Shown here: one piece after another, positions 10,174 to 22,789 of the stretch
How the letters are laid out: the number at the start of each line of letters is the position of its first letter
How positions within the stretch are numbered: position 1 is the first letter of the stretch
DNA from: Azolla caroliniana
Taxonomy: Eukaryota; Plantae; Polypodiophyta
Assembly (NCBI GenBank): GCA_043228905.1
Contig: JBHGNT010000017.1
Location: 4,030,001-4,094,000, forward strand
Direction of reading: 5' to 3'
DNA length: 64,000 nt
Translations under genes and position numbers: made by a program
The notes under the pieces: model-generated
The model's input: the letters and a program-made list of their open reading frames with translations, nothing else
Database searches by the model: none
Told to the model about the DNA's origin: nothing

Positions 10174-13100
10174 TCATAGCTAGATATTTTAGTGCCTTAT
10201 TACAATGAGTGATTAATAATATCTCTCATGGGAGCATAATGCACTAAGGAGCTTCAATGTTTTCTATGTTCATACACACCACAACATCAAACCTACAGTT
10301 TTTTTTTCTCAACCGAACACATTCTTTGGCTAACCACTTATTGTCATTGACATCATATTCTTGCTAATCCATGCACGGGGAATGATTGTGCATTAGCTCA
10401 TGGGTATATTTCAATGATGTCACGAGCGTACTTGATGGAGGGACAATACGAGAATGGTGTTTGGATAAGGGTTGACATGTGGTAAGAGGTGGGTGGTGAA
10501 TTATTACCTATACAGTGTTCTCATTAGTAATAGCCTATAAGGGGTGTGCTTAATCCTACAACAATCTAGTGTGAAGAAAAATGTTCCCTAGCAACACAAC
10601 AAGTATATTTCCATCCTAGACCTAAATTCCAAGCAATTATTCACATCCTAACATTGCTCCAACTCTTGCTTATTGAACCCCCGTTTGCACGTAAATACTT
10701 CCATTAGTACAATCATCCTAGTTGGGCCATCTTTGTCGACCACAAAAAAGGCTCCACTAGACACCAAATGATTGGTCTCTATACATCCACTCACCCCCTC
10801 CCCACCTAACACGCACACATAACCTAAAAACCTAGTCCTATCACCTCCCATCCGAATATTTGGTCAAATTTCATGCAAAAGTCCCTCGCTAGATCATGCC
10901 AATATTGGAATATTTTTAAAAAAGAGCATCTACACAAATGTGGATTCTATTGTTGTTAATTGGAAGACCTAGAGGATTGAAGTTGTGGACATACACCTAC
11001 TCACTAAATTTTAGACACTTAGACCACATCAAATTCTCTTTTATTACAAATAAAAAAGGTTGTATCAAGCATGCGAAATTACATTTCCTAAGTCCACCCA
11101 CGGTTAATAGGTTGGAAAAATCACATACTTCCACAATTTGGAGGAAGTAAGCAAGATCCAAGATGAATTTGAGGGTGGTTATGTTGCCTTTGCAGGCACA
11201 CTCCTCAAAACCTTTGGGGCCCATGTGCATTGAACTTTAAAGGGCATTATCATCTAAGTTGGATCACCGAGCATCAAAGCATGAACACTCTAGCCATAGC
11301 AATCAAACAAGTCAACCAACATCATGTACATTATGTAGTTGAGCACATCAAGGAGATTGAGGACACAAAATTAGTTGTCACCAACATTACACAAGCAGGG
11401 GACTCTTACAACATCATGCAAGCCATATCCAAAGAGGAATAAAGGGAAGAAAAATAAAAATAGAAACCCCCCCTTTTCAGCCTTTGGATCCATTCATTCA
11501 AATTACATTATCCCACAAAAGTGTCACATGTTAATCATTCATTAGGGGACACATATTTCCTATAATCAATAGAGGTATTTCCAATAATATAATTAGAGGA
11601 CATGGGTTGTAAATGAAAGAAAGGGCATTTTGGGAGTTAGAAGTCCTTTAGATTTCCATCCATCACAATTATTGCAAGATCATTGTGTAAGACCCATACA
11701 TGAATTGTTTTGATATCTAAAGTAGGAAAGAGAACCACTTTAGGATGGGTAGGCCATCAATGTAGAAACACATTTTCCCCTTCGGCTCTTTAATCCCTTG
11801 CTACCCCCTAGCCTAAGTGGACATATCTTGAGTTTGGCCTCCTTTTTGACAAAGTGCCAAATTCCAATTACCAAGTGAAACAACCCACTGAGAGATGTAA
11901 CCCATGTTGTCACCTAGTAATGGAAGGGTAAGCTTCCAACTCCCCTAGCCTTCAAGTATTGCAATTTTTTAGTATTTGCGCCCTTTCATTGTCAAAGGGT
12001 GAAACTCCAAGGTCTATGTCTCCTTGCATAAAACCCACCGTGAAGACAACATGAATGCAACTACAAAGAAAAACAAATTGCAAAAGTTAAATCTTCTCCC
12101 GTAGTTTATTAGGCACAAGGTTCGAGAAGTGAAATATACACCTTGAGAAAAAAGTTAGCCAACCTTGACAATAGAAAAGTGAAATTGACCTCCATTCTTG
12201 TGAACACTCTAAAAGTGAAATGGGAAGTATGTAGTAGAAAAGTGTGACAAGCTAGTGACACTACCAAATAAATCTTGAAAGGAAATTTCTATCGTTGTAA
12301 ACATGTGTTTGCATCAAGTCATGTTATTGTGCAAGAAAGGGTGATATATCACTGTCATCGTCACGGTCTCTAATATTTCATATTCGTCCCCCTCGATGAG
12401 TGCAATCCAATATACAAACAAAACCGGTAGATGATATGACATGTATTATCGTCCGATCAAGCTTTGGGTTTTTGAAGGCCCACGCCATGACCCCCCGAGA
12501 GGTCAAGAGAGAACCAACAAACCTCGCCTCAGGCACAAGCAGCATGCAAGAGGATTTCGTATGAAAAGGGAGGGTAGGGGTACTTTTTGGAATTACATGG
12601 AAATCTTGTTGAAGGCAGGGGTATTTCTATGTGTAAATAAATATAATACAAAAATAACAATGGAATTTTTTTCTGCGTTATTGAGAAGACGCATGCAGAA
12701 CAGAGCAGAGCAGCGCACCGCCATAGCCATAGCCATGACCGTCATCGTCTTCTTCAGTTTTCGGTACTAAACTAGTTAACTTAGTGCCATTCCCCCGCCC
12801 CCGATTTTCTCATCCTTTAGTCTGCAAAAAAATCCTACACCAGTCGAAATCACAACTCAACAGATTCAGCCTTTCAGAATTTACGAGGCCGTTTCTTTCC
12901 CTCCTCCAACGCTTCTGTGAGTATTCTTGTCGTAATTAATACATTGGACACCGTTCTCCCCACCTCCCCCCCCCCCCTTTTTTCTTGTCAATTTTATCTC
13001 TTCTTTAATACGATTGGAATAATAGTTGATCTCTTCCTATTCTGCGACATGTCGCCTCTACTTATTAGTTTTCTGATGGAATCTCTCAATGTTTATCATA

Positions 13101-13821
13101 CCTGAGGTGCTGCATGTTTCTGATTTTCAGCTCTATTATAATAGATTTACTGTCGATGGAAATGCTTGATAGAGTCTTAGTTAATACATAACTCAAAACA
13201 TTAAGGTGAATCTGTTGGTGGAAGTACTCAGCTTACTTTTCCCCTTCTTGATTTACAATAGCTGCAATGTTGCTGCATCGATTTTCTTTTTCACCATGTT
13301 GATGGTTGCTTATATTTTCCTCTATTTATAAATATCGGTGGATTGATTCATATATTGATAATCCTCCAGCTTCCTCTTTCACATTAAGATGGGCATACAT
13401 TCCATCTTAATGCGTAACAGCTGAAATGTAAATGTCCCATCATTAACTGCTTGTTATCTTTCATTGATGGAAAGAGGTTTGATCTTTTACAGCAGAAAAT
13501 GTTTCATAATTTTTCTTTTCATTGATAAAGATATATACATATTGCCATTTTTCTGTTTGCTGGAAATCATTCTCAATAGAGATGGATATATCTGAAATTG
13601 TATGCTGATGAATTCCACAGATTTTTATCTTGTATATATTAGCGTAAAATTCTAAAAGGATTTAATTTCTTTGTTTGATTGATGGGAAACATAATATTTT
13701 TTTGTCAGAAAAACAAGTTGCAAGTTAAAGGTGAGAGTACTCTAATTCTTCATAATATCTATTTGGTCGAGGTTTTCCTTTGACAATTTATTGCCCCCTG
13801 AATCGATCCGAGGACGAAAAA

Positions 13822-16800
13822 ATGCATTCAAATGGTCTTCTCACTCGTAAAGCGCAATCTGATTCTTTAATGGAATATACCAACATATGCTCAGAAAATG
13901 AGCTTCCAGATGTATATAATTTGAAGCCAAATCTAATAGAGCCTTCAAAACCACGTGGTCTTCCGAATCTAAACACATCATCATCTGGATTATCGTGTGA
14001 AGATAAAGCGTTTATCAAAGACGATGTTCTCCAGCAAGGATTTCCAAACATTAATGATGCTTCCAGTAGTATCATACAAGATCAAAATGGGCAGACATCA
14101 GATCCAAACTCAAATAAACAGCCAGTAGAGTCTTCTATTAATGTGACAAAGCCAAGACTATTGACTCAATTCAGTACACACCGATCTTGTGAAGAGAAGA
14201 CACTTGTTAATGAGTCCAACAATGTTGGAGGATTATCGTCTCGGTCAAGAGGGAATAAATTTTCAGATGTTTTGGATATTCAACATAATGGATTAATGCC
14301 ATCTCCTTCTTTCAATAGGTCGATCGCAAGTACGCCACGATCTGGTACAACATTTCTTCACCCCATGTTGTTTGATGCATGGGAGGCTCTCAAAAGGTCT
14401 TTGGTCTACTTCCGAGGGATGCCTGTTGGCACCATAGCTGCACTCGACCCCACCGAAGATTCACTCAACTATAATCAGGTATAATTGCATTGTTGAAACT
14501 TCATTAGTGCTTTTGTTTTTTGATATTGTTATGATCTATAGATTAATTCACATGAAACTTCTTGACTGCAATCGATCATGATGTTCAAATTGGAATACAG
14601 ACCCTCAAATTTTATATTCAAGCATATTACCAAATTCTAATATAGACCCTCAGATTAATTCAAATTGGCAAGTAAGAAGTTTAAATTTTGACTATGGAAC
14701 CTCAAATCTTTTATAGAATACAGTTTTCGCAACCTAGGATAGTTCTTTTAGACGAGCTTCTTTGTTGCAATTCTTAAATTTTTTGGATCCATTCAATGAA
14801 AATACCTCTGGAAACCCAAAATGGGTTTCAAATTTAAGCATTGCCACTAACTTATCGAAAACAAATAAAACATTGCCCCTAAATGGTATTAAACCTTCAT
14901 CTAAATTTCTTGAAATTGTCTTTAACAGATTACATCGCCAGGTGTGAAGGTTTTTACTGTAAAGCATGTTTTCTCAAAATATGGAGGTATTAATTGTAAC
15001 TTAAATTTCAAAATGTAACAGAAGTTTCCAAATATTGCAATTGTATATTGAACAAACTTGTGTTTCTCTTCAAACATTGATCTGTAAAATTTTGCCGATG
15101 CTAGAAGTGGCAGATGTAACATGTGTGATTTGTGTTTGCTATTGATGGGCCCCTCTATATAGGAGGCATAGCCTATACCATAAGAAATCAAGCTTCTAAT
15201 AGGGCATTTTACTTGTGCATCTAATTGAATTGCACTTATTGTAGGTATTTGTGCGGGATTTCTTTCCTAGTGCTTTGGCATTCCTAATGAATGGAGAGCC
15301 AGAAATCGTCAAGAATTTCCTGATCAAAACCCTTAGGCTACAAGCATTGACAAAAAGAATCGACAATTTTACCCTTGGTGATGGGGCCATGCCAGCCAGT
15401 TTCAAAGTTCTTCATGACGTGAATCGTAAAACTGATACTATGGTTGCTGATTTTGGAGAGAGTGCTATTGGTAGGGTGGCCCCAGTTGACTCGGGTTTTT
15501 GGTGGATAATCCTTCTTCGAGCCTACACCAAATCCACTGGCAATCATGCGCTAGCAGATATGCCTGATTTCCAACGTGGCATGCGGCTAATACTATCCTT
15601 GTGCCTCTCAGAGGGGTTTGATACATTTCCAACTCTTCTATGTGCAGATGGTTGTTGTATGGTTGACCGGAGAATGGTATGTTTGATCACCATTGTTATC
15701 TCCTTAAGTCTTTGTCATGGCATGAAGATCTTGCTCAGAATATCTCAGAGTCCTCTAGAAGTTCCTAATCTGTGTTAAAAATGTGCCGATGTCTTTTGAC
15801 TTATTCTTTAGAAGTTTTAAATCTCTTATGACTTTCTAAAAACATCAAGAGATTATCGATGGAAGTTAAGAAATTTCTTAAGAGTAAAAAAGAAATTTCG
15901 AATCTTCTGACATTAGTTTTTTCACATCAATTTTAAGCAAAATTTTCATATTTATGAAAGGCATCCTGAAAACCTAACTGATGACTTTGCTGTTTGCAGC
16001 AAAGCATAAAATGTGCATATATCCTCAAATTTTTATATTATGATTTCATGAGACAAAGAGGAATGTTGTAAGGAACTTCCATGTTCATGATATGTAGGGA
16101 ATCTATGGTTACCCAGTTGAGATACAAACCCTCTTTTTCCTAGCTCTTCGATGTGCTCGTGTCCTTCTCAAACCCGAGGCAGGTGGTAAAGAATTTATCG
16201 AACGCATCGACAAACGCCTTCATGCATTGAGTTTCCACATGAGAGAGTACTATTGGCTTGATTTTGAACAATTGAACAATATTTACAGATACAAGACAGA
16301 GGAATACTCTCATACTGCTGTGAATAAGTTCAACGTAATCCCTGATTCCATTCCAGATTGGGTTTTCGATTTCATGCCTACTGAAGGTGGTTATTTCATT
16401 GGAAATGTCAGTCCTGCTTGCATGGACTTTAGGTGGTTTTGTTTAGGTAATTGCGTAGCGATTTTGTCATCTCTAGCTACTCCAACACAGGAAGCTGCAA
16501 TTATGGATCTATTTGAAGAAAGATGGCAAGATCTTGTTGGAGAAATGCCTCTCAAGGTTGCATATCCTGCATTAGAGAATCATGAATGGAGAATCATCAC
16601 GGGTTGTGATCCAAAAAACACACGTTGGAGCTATCATAATGGAGGTTCATGGCCAGGTGAATTTACGATGAAATCATGTATCTTTAAACGGGGTGTGTGT
16701 GTATTTGGGGTGTGGAATGAAATTCTGATGTAAAAATTATCTTCTCATCGTTGCGTCATAAGCATCCTTTATTGCAAGGATTATTGAAATGTAGCAAATT

Positions 16801-17308
16801 CTTTTGGGTGAAATTGTAGATGGTGATTTTCTTGAGATTTTTCTTATTGCTCATTATCTTTTGGATGGTTAACTACTAAAGATAAAAAGATAGATGTATG
16901 TATTTTTCCTGGAGTGATTTTTGTGGCATGCATAATCCAAAGTTCTTTATAAAATTTTAAATTTTCTGTTTTCACAATACAATTTCTGATGGATTTTGGC
17001 TTTGTTGTGTTTTTGTAGTTCTTCTTTGGTTGTTCACAGCAGCTTGCATAAAAACCGGGAGACCACAGATGGCAAGAAGAGCGATTGAGATTGCAGAACA
17101 AAGGCTTTCTAATGATCATTGGCCTGAGTACTATGATGGGAAACAAGGCCGGTTTATAGGAAAACAAGCGCGCAAGATGCAAACATGGTCAATCGCCGGC
17201 TATCTTGTGGCGAAGATGATGCTTGAAGATCCATCTCACTTGGGTATGATCGCTTTGGAGGAGGACAAGAAGATAAAACCCACCCTCGTTAGATCTACAT
17301 CATTCTAG
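13822..17308 (+). CDS. CINV: Cytosolic-type alkaline/neutral invertase (GH100), 4 coding exons (13822-14478, 15245-15676, 16098-16656, 17019-17308), about 645 aa
   Basis: Motifs [80 protein letters not shown] and HWPEYYDGK. All junctions are GT-AG and in frame. The start ATG is inferred, and a 5'-UTR intron probably begins at 12917. Confidence 0.95.
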
Positions 17309-17782
17309 ATCACACCTATACTCACAACCAACAACATCATATAAGAGTTTATCATTGCCATCGCAACATCATAGGTATGTAAAGGAAAACTACCGTCCTA
17401 GGTGTTGTAGCCCGTGTGTCCTTTTTATGGTAAGAAAGACATTCTTAGATAGATCTCTCTCAACATCTTGCTCTTCAAAGTACAACATAGCCAAAGAACA
17501 TTGTTTCATCTGAGTTCTGGTTTAGTTGAAAAAAATCCCATTTATACTTGTACAAATCTGTTTCCCATTTAATCAAAGAGCGATGTCACATATGTCATGA
17601 TTTCATGTTTTAACAATTGAACAAGCACATCTTTACTATAGTTTACAAGTGCCCAAATTTCCGCGTATGTTTTACGGACAATGTGACATTGTAGAAGCAT
17701 TGAAGTGACTCTATAGGTGATTACGAAAATTGGATGCAATGCTACTATTATTGGGATGGTATTGAACTTGTTGTGTGCGTGT

Positions 17783-18120
17783 GAGATTACTCAAGTAACT
17801 AAGCTTTTGCAAAATTTGTTATGCACATGTATTACTAGGGGAATTTGGCTTCAATGTTGTTGGATGCTAGAATTTGGATGATGATTGTTTTATTATTGAG
17901 ATTACTCAAGTAACTAAGCTTTTGCAAAATTTGTTATGCACATGTATTACTAGGGGAATTTGGCTTCAATGTTGTTGGATGCTAGAATTTGGATGATGAT
18001 TGTTTTATTATTGAGATTACTCAAGTAACTAAGCTTTTGCAAAATTTGTTATGCACATGTATTACTAGGGGAATTTGGCTTCAATGTTGTTGGATACTAG
18101 AATTTGGATGATGATTGTTT
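17783..18120. repeat. Near-perfect 115-bp tandem repeat, about 3 copies
   Basis: gagattactcaagtaactaagc... starts at 17783, 17898 and 18013. Only one substitution was seen (ggatgctag/ggatactag). Confidence 0.95.
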
Positions 18121-19130
18121 CTACAACCCCCTTGGTCTTCACAACACAAGGCATGTTTGCCCTCGAGTTCTAAGTTCTTGTTTCCTTACTCTAGCCTCAT
18201 CATGTTTTATTTTTGTGTGTCTTGTCTCATATCAAGTTGTGTTAGATGAATCCTTGAGGTATTGAATAGTGTCAAATGATGTAATTAAGCATTGTCATTA
18301 AGTTCTTTTAATAAAAATCCATAGAATATGTATGAAGTCAAATTTATGCATTTAGTGTGTGTTTTCTAGGGGACACCTTATTCCAGATCTCCTAGTTTGT
18401 TGTAGAGCATTCAAGAATAAAGCAAAGAAATACTACCAAAGGTTCAGCAATAAATGTAGGATGTCATCTTCCCCACCAAGATCCATTGCCATCCCAAATG
18501 GTCAATTTAGTAATGGACATATGAGTCAACAAATGGAAGAAGATGGTGCATTGTGATAGTAAAGATTGTCATGGTTTACTAAAGCTCCATACAACAATAC
18601 TCATATCCCGCAATATGTGTGCAACAGTGCAACTATATGTGGAAAAAGGACCGACAAAGGGGACATTGCCATCAAATGAAGACTCCAACTTGGCTTGGCA
18701 AGTAATGGCCTTTTTCTATTCTCCTGAAGCAAATGTTTACCCAACAAAGAGTCCAGGTCAATGAAGTTTAAGGATTAACATTTGCTTGCAAACGGTGGTG
18801 GCTACGAGTGAAAGACATATTTGGAGGTTCCAACGGACACACATCCAGGGCGCATCATGGGGAAACGAAAGGGGGAAAAAAAGCGGCAACAACAACAGAA
18901 AAGAAGATCGAAATGCATGCGAGCCGAGAGACGAGAATCGAGGATCGGATGGTGGATGAAAAAAAAGGGACATGATAACGCAGATGCGTGCCGAGAGCCG
19001 AGGGCGAGTAAAGAATTCTACAGCGAGAGTTCCATGGCCGCGGATAGAGCACTCACTCGAGTGTGGAGGCTCAGATGCTCATTCACAAAGCCAATGCCGG
19101 GGCCGGGGCCGGGCCCGAATCTGAATGTGT

Positions 19131-19147
19131 TGTGTGTGTGTGTGTGT

Positions 19148-19192
<45 letters not shown>

Positions 19193-19286
19193 GAGTCTAT
19201 GTGTGTGAGAGAGGGAGAGTGAGAGAGTGAGTGAGTGACTATGTGTGTGTGTGTGTAAGAGAGAGAGAGAGAGGGAGAGAGTGTGC

Positions 19287-19323
<37 letters not shown>

Positions 19324-19392
19324 TGTGTGTGTGTGTGGTAAATGGATATATGTGTCTGTAAGACTGTATGTATATAAGAGAGACAGAGACAG

Positions 19393-19440
<48 letters not shown>
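19131..19440. repeat. Compound (GT)n/(GA)n microsatellite upstream of the GET3d-like gene
   Basis: Directly visible dinucleotide runs. Confidence 0.95.
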
Positions 19441-19444
<4 letters not shown>

Positions 19445-19493
19445 ATGGTGATGGTCAAAATCAGTCTGCGGAAGCTGTAGTCTTTCTTAGGCT

Positions 19494-22400
19494 ATGGCCG
19501 CCCTGCAGCTCCAACCTCGTTTCTGCTTCAGTGCTCCTCCTCCTCCTCCTTCACCTTCACCTTCGCCTTCTCTTTCTTCCTCTTCTTGTTATTCAACTCC
19601 ATCGCATCATCATCATCATCATCTCCTTCCGCCTCCCCACTCCTGCGGGAACCACCTACAACAACGCCCATCCAATGTGGTCCGAATCGTCTCTGAACAA
19701 CAGAAGTCGCAAGAGCGGAAAGGGAAGACGAAATTAGTCACTTTCCTCGGCAAAGGAGGATCTGGAAAAACCATCGCTTCTCTTCTTGCAGCTCAGGTCT
19801 GTTTCTCATTCTCCCTTATGCTTCTGCAAATCTTTTTACTGAATGATGCCTTGTTTGAATCACTGTACAAATTCGAGGAATAACTAAGTCTGATACCAAT
19901 GATACTTGTTACAATCTGAAAAGATTGTTTGGTCAGAAGAAAAGAATAAAACTTCTAATTTGCATGAGGTATCTGTTTCCTTTTTATTTTTCGCAGCATC
20001 TTGTTGTCTTCCCACGGGAGGATAATTGTGTAGAGTGTAGACATTTCTAGATCTATATAGGCATTTGATATACGAAGTTATTATGATGCAAAATTGTATA
20101 GGAAATGTACAATCCAAAATATATACTTGTCTTATTTCCAGTTACTTGTGTGTGGGACAATCAGAGTAATCTGTGCATATGATAAGAAAAGAGATACAGG
20201 TTGACAACGTTAGGCTATGAGCTTTGGAAATCCTCTTGCATACATGACAAATTACTATCTGTGTATCACAAATGCATTTTGTGTGCTGAGATGGATGGCG
20301 TGATGTCAATAAATTCTAACATGCATATGCCGTTTGATGCATTATGCTTATTGCATAATAAGGATTGCGCGATGTCGATGCCCAAGGAACACCTTACATC
20401 AGGGTGCTGTTTTGAATGATGCTCACTGCGTATACATCTTGTATATTAACAAGGATTCATGATGCTGATAAAAACCTAAAATTTGATGCATAATGCATCA
20501 AAGCTCAGATGCATGTTGTGCAAAAGGATTGGTTGATGCCAAAGAACTATTAGCACATCATCAGGGTACCCTTCAGGAAATATTGCTCATTGCATATGCA
20601 TTTTGCAGGTTAACAAGGATCAAGGAACCCTAACTTTTAATTTATGTTGCATATTATAAGGACAGAATGATGATGGAACACTTTAACATATAGATATGTC
20701 TTTTTAATCATTATGCAGCATTATGCAAAGGCTGGGATGGACACTTGTTTAGTGTTACACTCTCAAGATCCCTCTGCAGATTATCTGTTGGGCTGCAAGA
20801 TAGGAAATGCACCCACCACATTCAGTGAGGGAGCACTAGATGTTTTGCGGCTCGAATCAACTAAGGTTAAAAAGCTCATCTACTCTTGATTTTATTTAGA
20901 GAAAATCTCTTGAATACACTGTGTTTTTCTTTATTTTCCCAAATGCCCTTGGCCAACCCTCAAAAGAGAGGAAGAGGATGAATTGCCTATATGATTTGTC
21001 AAACCGTACATATAATTGAGGACCATATTGTTGTTTAGATAGCACTTATAATCTCAAGGGAATAACAAAGATTAGGAACATTTGGGGAAAAAGGAAAGAA
21101 AAAACACGGGTAATTTGGATGTTTTGCCGTTTCTTTGTCATCTCACTTTATACCGATGCTGACCTTAAGTTCTTAAATTTCCACAGCTCCTCCTTGATCC
21201 CTTAACGCAGTTGAAGAAGGCAGACGCTAAGCTGAATTTCAGCCAAGGAGCGTTAGAGGAGGTTGTCACTGATTCTAGATGTGTTTCCCTTTTGTTGTAA
21301 AATTGTAAAAATTGTTTTGTAATTCAGATAGAAATAGCTTAAATTATGGATAATTATGATGTAAGAAATGATGCAGGTAGTGGGTGAGGAACTTAGTGTC
21401 CTTCCTGGTATGGATGGCATTCTGGCACTTGGAGCAATGGAAAGACTAATTGGGTTTGCAGGTGAAAGTCTTAGAAGCAAGAAAACGAAAGTATATGATG
21501 TGGTTGTCTATGATGGCTTAAGTAGTGAAGAAACACTTCGACTTCTCGGGGCAGCAGAAAAGACAAGGTAGGAATTTCACATGATAGACATTAGTGGGGA
21601 ACCTTTTTTCTCTTATATATGAGAATGCATACATTTCTGAGTTTGGTTGATTATTCATATCTAAAATTTCTGATTTTGAATCTTAGATGGTATTTGCAGC
21701 GTGTGAAAGACTTAGCCGAAAAGACAGACACTGGAAGGGTCACGGCTCCATCAATATTGCGCCTCTTAGAAACCTCTCTGATGCAAGAAAGTGGTTCAGA
21801 TACCAGTGGAAGGAGTATTGCAGAACTATGGGATGGTGCCGACAAAGTTCTGGAGGTGATTTTTCTTTTCTCCTTTATGTACCATCATTATTTGATCCTT
21901 TGTGTGTTATTCTTTACTGAATTATGGTTCTTAGTATGTGGTTTGTTCTCTGAACTACTGCTCCTTATACGTGATTGTTTACTGATGTAGGGTTCCTTGT
22001 ATGTGATCATTTATTGAATATGGTTTTTTGAATACGATCAGTTTTTTAATTGTGGTTCTTTGTGTGCGATTTTTATTGAGTTCTGGTTGCTTCTATGCAC
22101 AGTTTTTGTATGTGATTGTTTACCTAATTAGTGTTCTTTGTATGTGAGTTTGCAGAGGATTTCGGAGACATTCACCGATCCGAAACAGTTTTCTTGCTAT
22201 TTAGTGATGGATCCGTGTAACGACCTTTCTATCAGAGCTGCGATGCGTTATTGGGGTTGCGCAATGCAAGCCGGTATAAGAGTGACTGGTGGTTTCTATG
22301 CAGATACTACATCCAGAGAGATGAGTTATGTGAAAGAAAAGTTTTCACCTCTCATTCTCAGCAGTCTGCCATTCTTTCCTCTTGAACCAGACGTTAACTG

Positions 22401-22789
22401 GAGCACATTGATTTCCACCATGACTAATGAGACAAAGTTGCTTCTAGAGAAAGATCATGGAGGCGGTATTCCATCACCAGTAGAATTCAACATACAAGAG
22501 AAAAAAGTTGCTTTTCTCCTTCCGGGTTTCGATAAGACCGAGATCAAATTATCCCAAGTAAGTTCCCATAAGTTATTAATAACCTTCTATTTAATTTCTT
22601 ATAAATATGAGGAAGGAGATAATGGTGTATTTTCTTTAACTGGTGTTGCAGTGGAGAGGCGGCTCAGCATTGCTGATTGAAGTTGGAGATCAAAGACGAG
22701 TAATTCAGTTGCCAACAGCCTTGCGTGGAAAGGTTGCGGGCGCTAAATTTGAGGATAAAAGTCTGATTGTAACAATGAAGCCTAAATAA
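19494..22789 (+). CDS. GET3d: Plastid ArsA/GET3-like P-loop protein with C-terminal HSP20-like domain (GET3d / At1g26090-like), 7 exons (19494-19796, 20719-20865, 21187-21261, 21377-21567, 21687-21855, 22156-22557, 22652-22789), about 474 aa
   Basis: Ser/Pro-rich transit peptide, then [44 protein letters not shown] and [34 protein letters not shown]...GKVAGAKF. All exon phases are compatible. Confidence 0.9.

Noticed and set aside
5669-17308. Divergent UGT plus invertase pair as a sugar-metabolism gene cluster
   Set aside because: Only two genes, separated by about 5-6 kb of repeat-like DNA, with no tailoring enzymes nearby. Adjacency alone is not evidence.
17783-18120. Tandem repeats here and at 40221 and 43158 as CRISPR-like arrays
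   Set aside because: Head-to-tail units without unique spacers, in a eukaryotic context with no cas genes.
18821-19458. Track ORFs rich in ER/LS/HT/CV repeats (also 29374-29916, 43628-43943, 46178-46818, 52224-53067)
   Set aside because: Artefacts of microsatellites lacking stop codons.
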